Shown piece by piece: positions 59,898 to 64,000 of a stretch of DNA of 64,000 nt. The notes below the pieces were generated by a model, which saw only the letters and a program-made list of their open reading frames with translations, was not told the DNA's origin and searched no databases. The stretch is taken from the NCBI GenBank assembly GCA_036172245.1, contig JAYWIR010000012.1:806001-870000 (forward strand), given 5' to 3'. The position numbers and the translations under genes are program-made. The stretch's first letter is position 1. Every line of letters begins with the position of its first letter. Origin of the DNA: Raillietiella orientalis (Eukaryota).

Positions 59898-62800
59898 TCT
59901 CACACGGGTGAACCGGGACGTTTGTTCTTTCGAACAACACGAGAGTCTGTGGCTGAACTAGTGGTCCAGTCACGCACGAATAAACTACATCAAGCCTCCA
60001 GGGTCACCGGTTCGCAGACCGGTACTGTTCACCACGACAGCAGGGGAGCTGGGACAGAACAAAAAGATGTAAGAAAAATTAAAAAAATATATATAAATAC
60101 AAGATCTGAGGAGCACAGGAAGGGATCACAGTCTGCAGCGGGGCCGTTACATCCTCTCTAGGATGCCGGCAAGCTGTTTTTTGATTGTTGCATCCAGATG
60201 GGTCCATCCTATCGCCGCATTGATAAATTCGGCTGTGCATTGGACGGCACCCTTATCGGGTGGTCCTCCCGTTGCCTTGCTCCAAGCAGCGACGATCCCG
60301 CAAAAGCAGCAGAGCTGCTAACGAGGTCGCAGGCCGAAGGGCGTCGCAAACGAAGAGGGACCTAATTGCGTATCTGGGGTTGCCACAGGGGAATCCGATT
60401 GCCGCGACGAAGCGGTTCCAAAGAAGCCGAAGAGCGATGCAATCTATATGGAGGTGGGAGAGGGACTCCTGTTCTGCAAACCTCACACAATTAGGATTCA
60501 CCGCTCCCCAGATCCAATGGTGCCGGCGGGCGTTGCAAGGGAGTCACCAATGCAGCAACAGTAGCGCCGACTCCTGCCATTTTAAGGGGAGGGTGGAGGT
60601 GTTCATTAGCACCGGGGGCACTTTAGTTGTTCCGGCGGAACTTCCAGCAGCTCGCCCCAGCGCAAATAGGGGTGGTAATCCGGGCCGCAGTACCACATAA
60701 GAACACCCGTTTTCCATTCCCCGATCTTTTTCTCCGTGCCGGAGACTCAAGTGACCACTTCCCATGCCACCGCAGTGTTGCTCAGGTAGTCTGCCTTCTT
60801 CACGGATGCAGAGGGTCAACTGGTGGAACAAGCGCAAGTAGGCATGCAGGTACCGCTGATAGTGCGTGATGGGTACACTGTCAGGGCCCGCCGCCACATC
60901 CTTGTGCAGTTGTCCAAAAGCAGTCTTCACCTCGTCTTCGGAGAATTCCTCCTCCAGTCTGTTCCGCATGAGGTCGTCGGTCCTCTTCTTGAGATAGCTC
61001 AGAAAGGCTTGTTGACTAGAGCGACAGAGATGTTGTCGCCTGAAGTGTTTCGTGTAATGCCTGTGAAAGGCTTCCACGATATCCTCGGACGACTGTCGCT
61101 CTTGACCGTCGTACTGGATGCAGAAGATATCTGTTGCCAGATTTCTCTACTCCAGCACGCCGACTTCCCCTTTTATGTTGTTGAAGACGTACCGACTCTC
61201 GTACTGATCGAAGTACTTTGAGAGTGAGCGATCTTGGATGTTCAGCTCTCGCTACGCCTCCTGCCTCAAGCGCCTATCCCCGAATTGCATATTTGCAAAC
61301 AGGTGTATCCTGTGTTTCAAGCTGTCCCAGTCGGCGACTCTTCTGATTTTTGTGGCTCTCAGAATCGTCTCCAGGACCTCCTGATGTCCAGGATGTGTCT
61401 CGAACCAGGAGGGCATGCTGATGAGCGCCGCCCTGGTGCCTTGCCTCCGCCGAGGATTCTCCGTTCTTAGGGAAAACCGCACCAACGGGTGATCGGACAG
61501 AGTGGTCAATGTGTCTCGGAAACCCTGAATGCGATTCCCTAGTTCGGTGCTATGGAGGACGTGATCGATCGGCTTGTGACTTGCTGTTCGCCACACCAGT
61601 CCGAACTCTTCGGATAGCCGCCGATACGCCGTCCTTCCTCTGGCGTCTTGTAAATGAATGATCTCATCCAATATGTTGAGATCGCCAGCAACAATCACGA
61701 CGTCCTTGGGGGCGACCTTTTCACGAAGTGCTGCATGCAGCGCCCCCGCACAACAATGTTTCAGCCTGTGCGGCCCGTACACGTTCACCAGGATGAGGTG
61801 AACAGTAGCGGACCAGGCCAGTCGCACGCTGATGATTCGTCCGGGTTGGGGAAAGAACACTTCCAGAATAGTGGGGCCAAGTGGTTCTTTATTAGGACCG
61901 CCACACCCTGCGTGTTCCATTTTCCCTTGCTTACAAACATCTGCCTGTTGAATCGCCGTTCCATTTGCTGACTAATCTCGAGACCCATCTTGTGGGTCTC
62001 CTGCAGGCACACTATGTCTTGCTGTCCGATGTTCCGCATAATCCTTTTTCTTTTTCCTTGGTCGACCACACCGTTTACATTCCAGGAGGCGATGTTCAGC
62101 CTCCTGGCGGTCGATAGGGAAGAGGCCATAAAAGGGGAAGACCTATTTCTTGGCCTTCCTGAGCTTCTTCTGTCTGAGAGAGCGTGCTCTTCCAGACGAT
62201 GAAGAAGCAGCGGGCTTCTCGCTGCCGGCGTCACTCTCTGTTCCGGTGAGGTCCGTTACTTCCACCTCCTCCGTCGAGTGTTCGGCTCGGGCGATCAATT
62301 TGCGAGATAGCGCTTTTATCTCGAACTTGGCGCAGAAGTTCGCCTTTACGTCGAGAAGCTGTTCCTCTAGCTTGTCGCGCTCGGTGACCTCCACAACCTG
62401 GTTGACCTTCTCCTGTGCATTGCAGAACTTCTGCAAGATTTTCTCTTGCTGGGGACCGCTCTGCACCTCCATAACTTCCTACGCTAGTGTTGCCAACTCC
62501 TCCGAGGACTGCAGGGCCTCCTGCGACACCGGAGTGGCTTCGGCTATTTCTTCTTCCGCGCCTTCCTGCGCCTTCCTCCATCTTCTCGCCTTCTTGCTCT
62601 TCACCTTCCAGGATAAGAGGGGTTTCTTGCTCCTTGACGAGCATCCTCCTCTTTCCTTTCTTCCCTACCTGTATGAAGCCGTCTTCCGATACCGGGACGG
62701 CTTCTTTCACCTTCTTCGGCCTTCCTGCCTTCTGAGGCTGTTCCGCCTCCTTGGTGTTTCTCTCTCTCACGGGAGAGAGACCTCGAATCCTTCTGCAGTT

Positions 62801-64000
62801 TGCAAACTCCGGACAGCTCCATTTGGCATGTCCGTGTTTCTTGCAGAAGGAGCACATTTCCGGCTGCGGGCAGTTCCGGACTTGATGTCCTACTTTGCCG
62901 CAGCGGAAACAACGACACGTTGGGCAAGCGCCGGCCCTGTGGCCGAACTGCTTGCATCCGGTGCAGAATACCGGTTGTTGCCGGTAACGCACGTTCACTC
63001 CCTGGGATTGTTCGTCAAGAACGGCTTATCCAGGGATCACAGCTCCCTCTTTCAACTTCATTTTGGCGATCATGTCGTTAGAAAATATATTTCCAGAGAA
63101 GTTCTGGAATTCAAGGTCCAGAACTTCCCCATACTGTTCCAAAAAGTTCCACACCGTTAGTTGCAGTGTGAGGATGGAGATGCCGTTCAGAAACACGGTT
63201 GTGCATGGCATCTCATTAATACCACAAACCATCCTCCCTTGTATATTGATTCCCTTCTGGATCAATCGCTCTCTAATATTTTCACAGTCTGTGAAGACTG
63301 TGAAACCGTTGTTTGCTGGTATGATCGCCTGTATGCGATCAAAATTCATGTCCGTCTTATCGAGAGACAGATACACCTCCCTGATATTATTGAACTTGAT
63401 CAGCCCAGTCTTGAAAATGATGGGCTTCACATTCGGCCCTCACTCCACGATCGGCCGATCCACCTTTTGGACTTTACCGCATAGCGGCTTCCCCAATTTT
63501 CTTGGTGGGTGGACACTCGCTTGTCCAGCCGCCACCGACGCATACGAAAAGGGCTGCGCCGCCGCAGCCGAACAAGATGGCGTCTCGCCCTGCACCGCGT
63601 GGACGCCCGCGGGTCCTGCCTGGGACGCCGCCGCCGCGAGCGCAACCCTCGACGTCGCCACCGTTGCCGCCGCGGGCGGCACCCTCGGCATCGCCGCCGC
63701 AGGCGCGGCCTTCCCCGCCGCGGGCACGATCCTCGGCGTCGCCTCCGCGGGCACGACCTCCGCCGTCGTCGCCGCGGGCACGACCCTTGGCATCGCCGCC
63801 GTCGGCGCAGCAAAGCCCGCCGCGTGCGCGATCCTCGGCATGCCTACCACCGCCTCGCGGTTGCCGCACGTTACCTCCATGGCTTCCATGGGGGACGACG
63901 GTCTCTCCACTCCTCCTCCAGGTGTCTGCATCCTGGCAGCTGGTCTTGCTGCACGGGACGACTGCAGGTCTTCCGCCGTGATAACCTCGGCGCTTCTTTT
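59898..64000 (-). mobile_element. Divergent Tx1-like element: ORF1 (three CCHC knuckles), APE endonuclease, RT deleted, C-terminus and 3' UTR
   Basis: CTGCKQFGHRAGAC, CFRCGKVGHQVRNC, CSFCKKHGHAKWSC. ORF2 ATG at 62129 gives IASWNVNG..CLQETH..VNVYGP..AGDLN..IDHVL..LSDH. Jumps at ~60780 from AAGPDSVP..EEGRLP to the WGELL/LPLKWQESALL region. Confidence 0.93.
63600..63870 (-). repeat. GC-rich coding minisatellite in the ORF1 N-terminus (Ala/Pro-rich, ~AAMPRVVPAA units)
   Basis: Recurrent MPRIAHAA/MPRVVPAA/TPRIVPAA/MPRVPPAA units in ORF 63440-63931. Confidence 0.75.

Noticed and set aside
35445..64000. Telomeric retrotransposon array (HeT-A/TART or SART/TRAS style)
   Set aside because: Elements lie in both orientations, and no TTAGG arrays were seen at junctions.

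Overview
Eukaryotic nuclear DNA, most likely arthropod (inferred from a mitochondrial 12S rRNA insert and a FAS1 gene of arthropod type). About 37 kb (1-11250 and 35445-64000) is two dense nests of degenerate, truncated APE-type non-LTR retrotransposons of the L1/Tx1 group, in both orientations and from several divergent subfamilies. They carry ORF1 with CCHC knuckles and ORF2 with APE endonuclease, YADD reverse transcriptase and a C-terminal CCHC. None is intact. Between the nests lies a ~24-kb block free of these elements. It holds a 3-exon C8orf82/UPF0598 homologue, a multi-exon secreted fasciclin (FAS1) gene, a 12S rRNA NUMT, an AT-rich MITE-like element and a 19-nt minisatellite. The most interesting signal is a two-part 3'-UTR RNA structure shared by otherwise divergent elements. 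It consists of a covarying hairpin with a CUGCG(A/U/G) loop and, 64-97 nt further on, AATAAA followed by a CCCGG-N5-CCGGG hairpin and only a few A residues instead of a poly(A) tail. Every such 3' end abuts another element of the same lineage. Element boundaries were read by eye and are approximate to about 10-30 bp.
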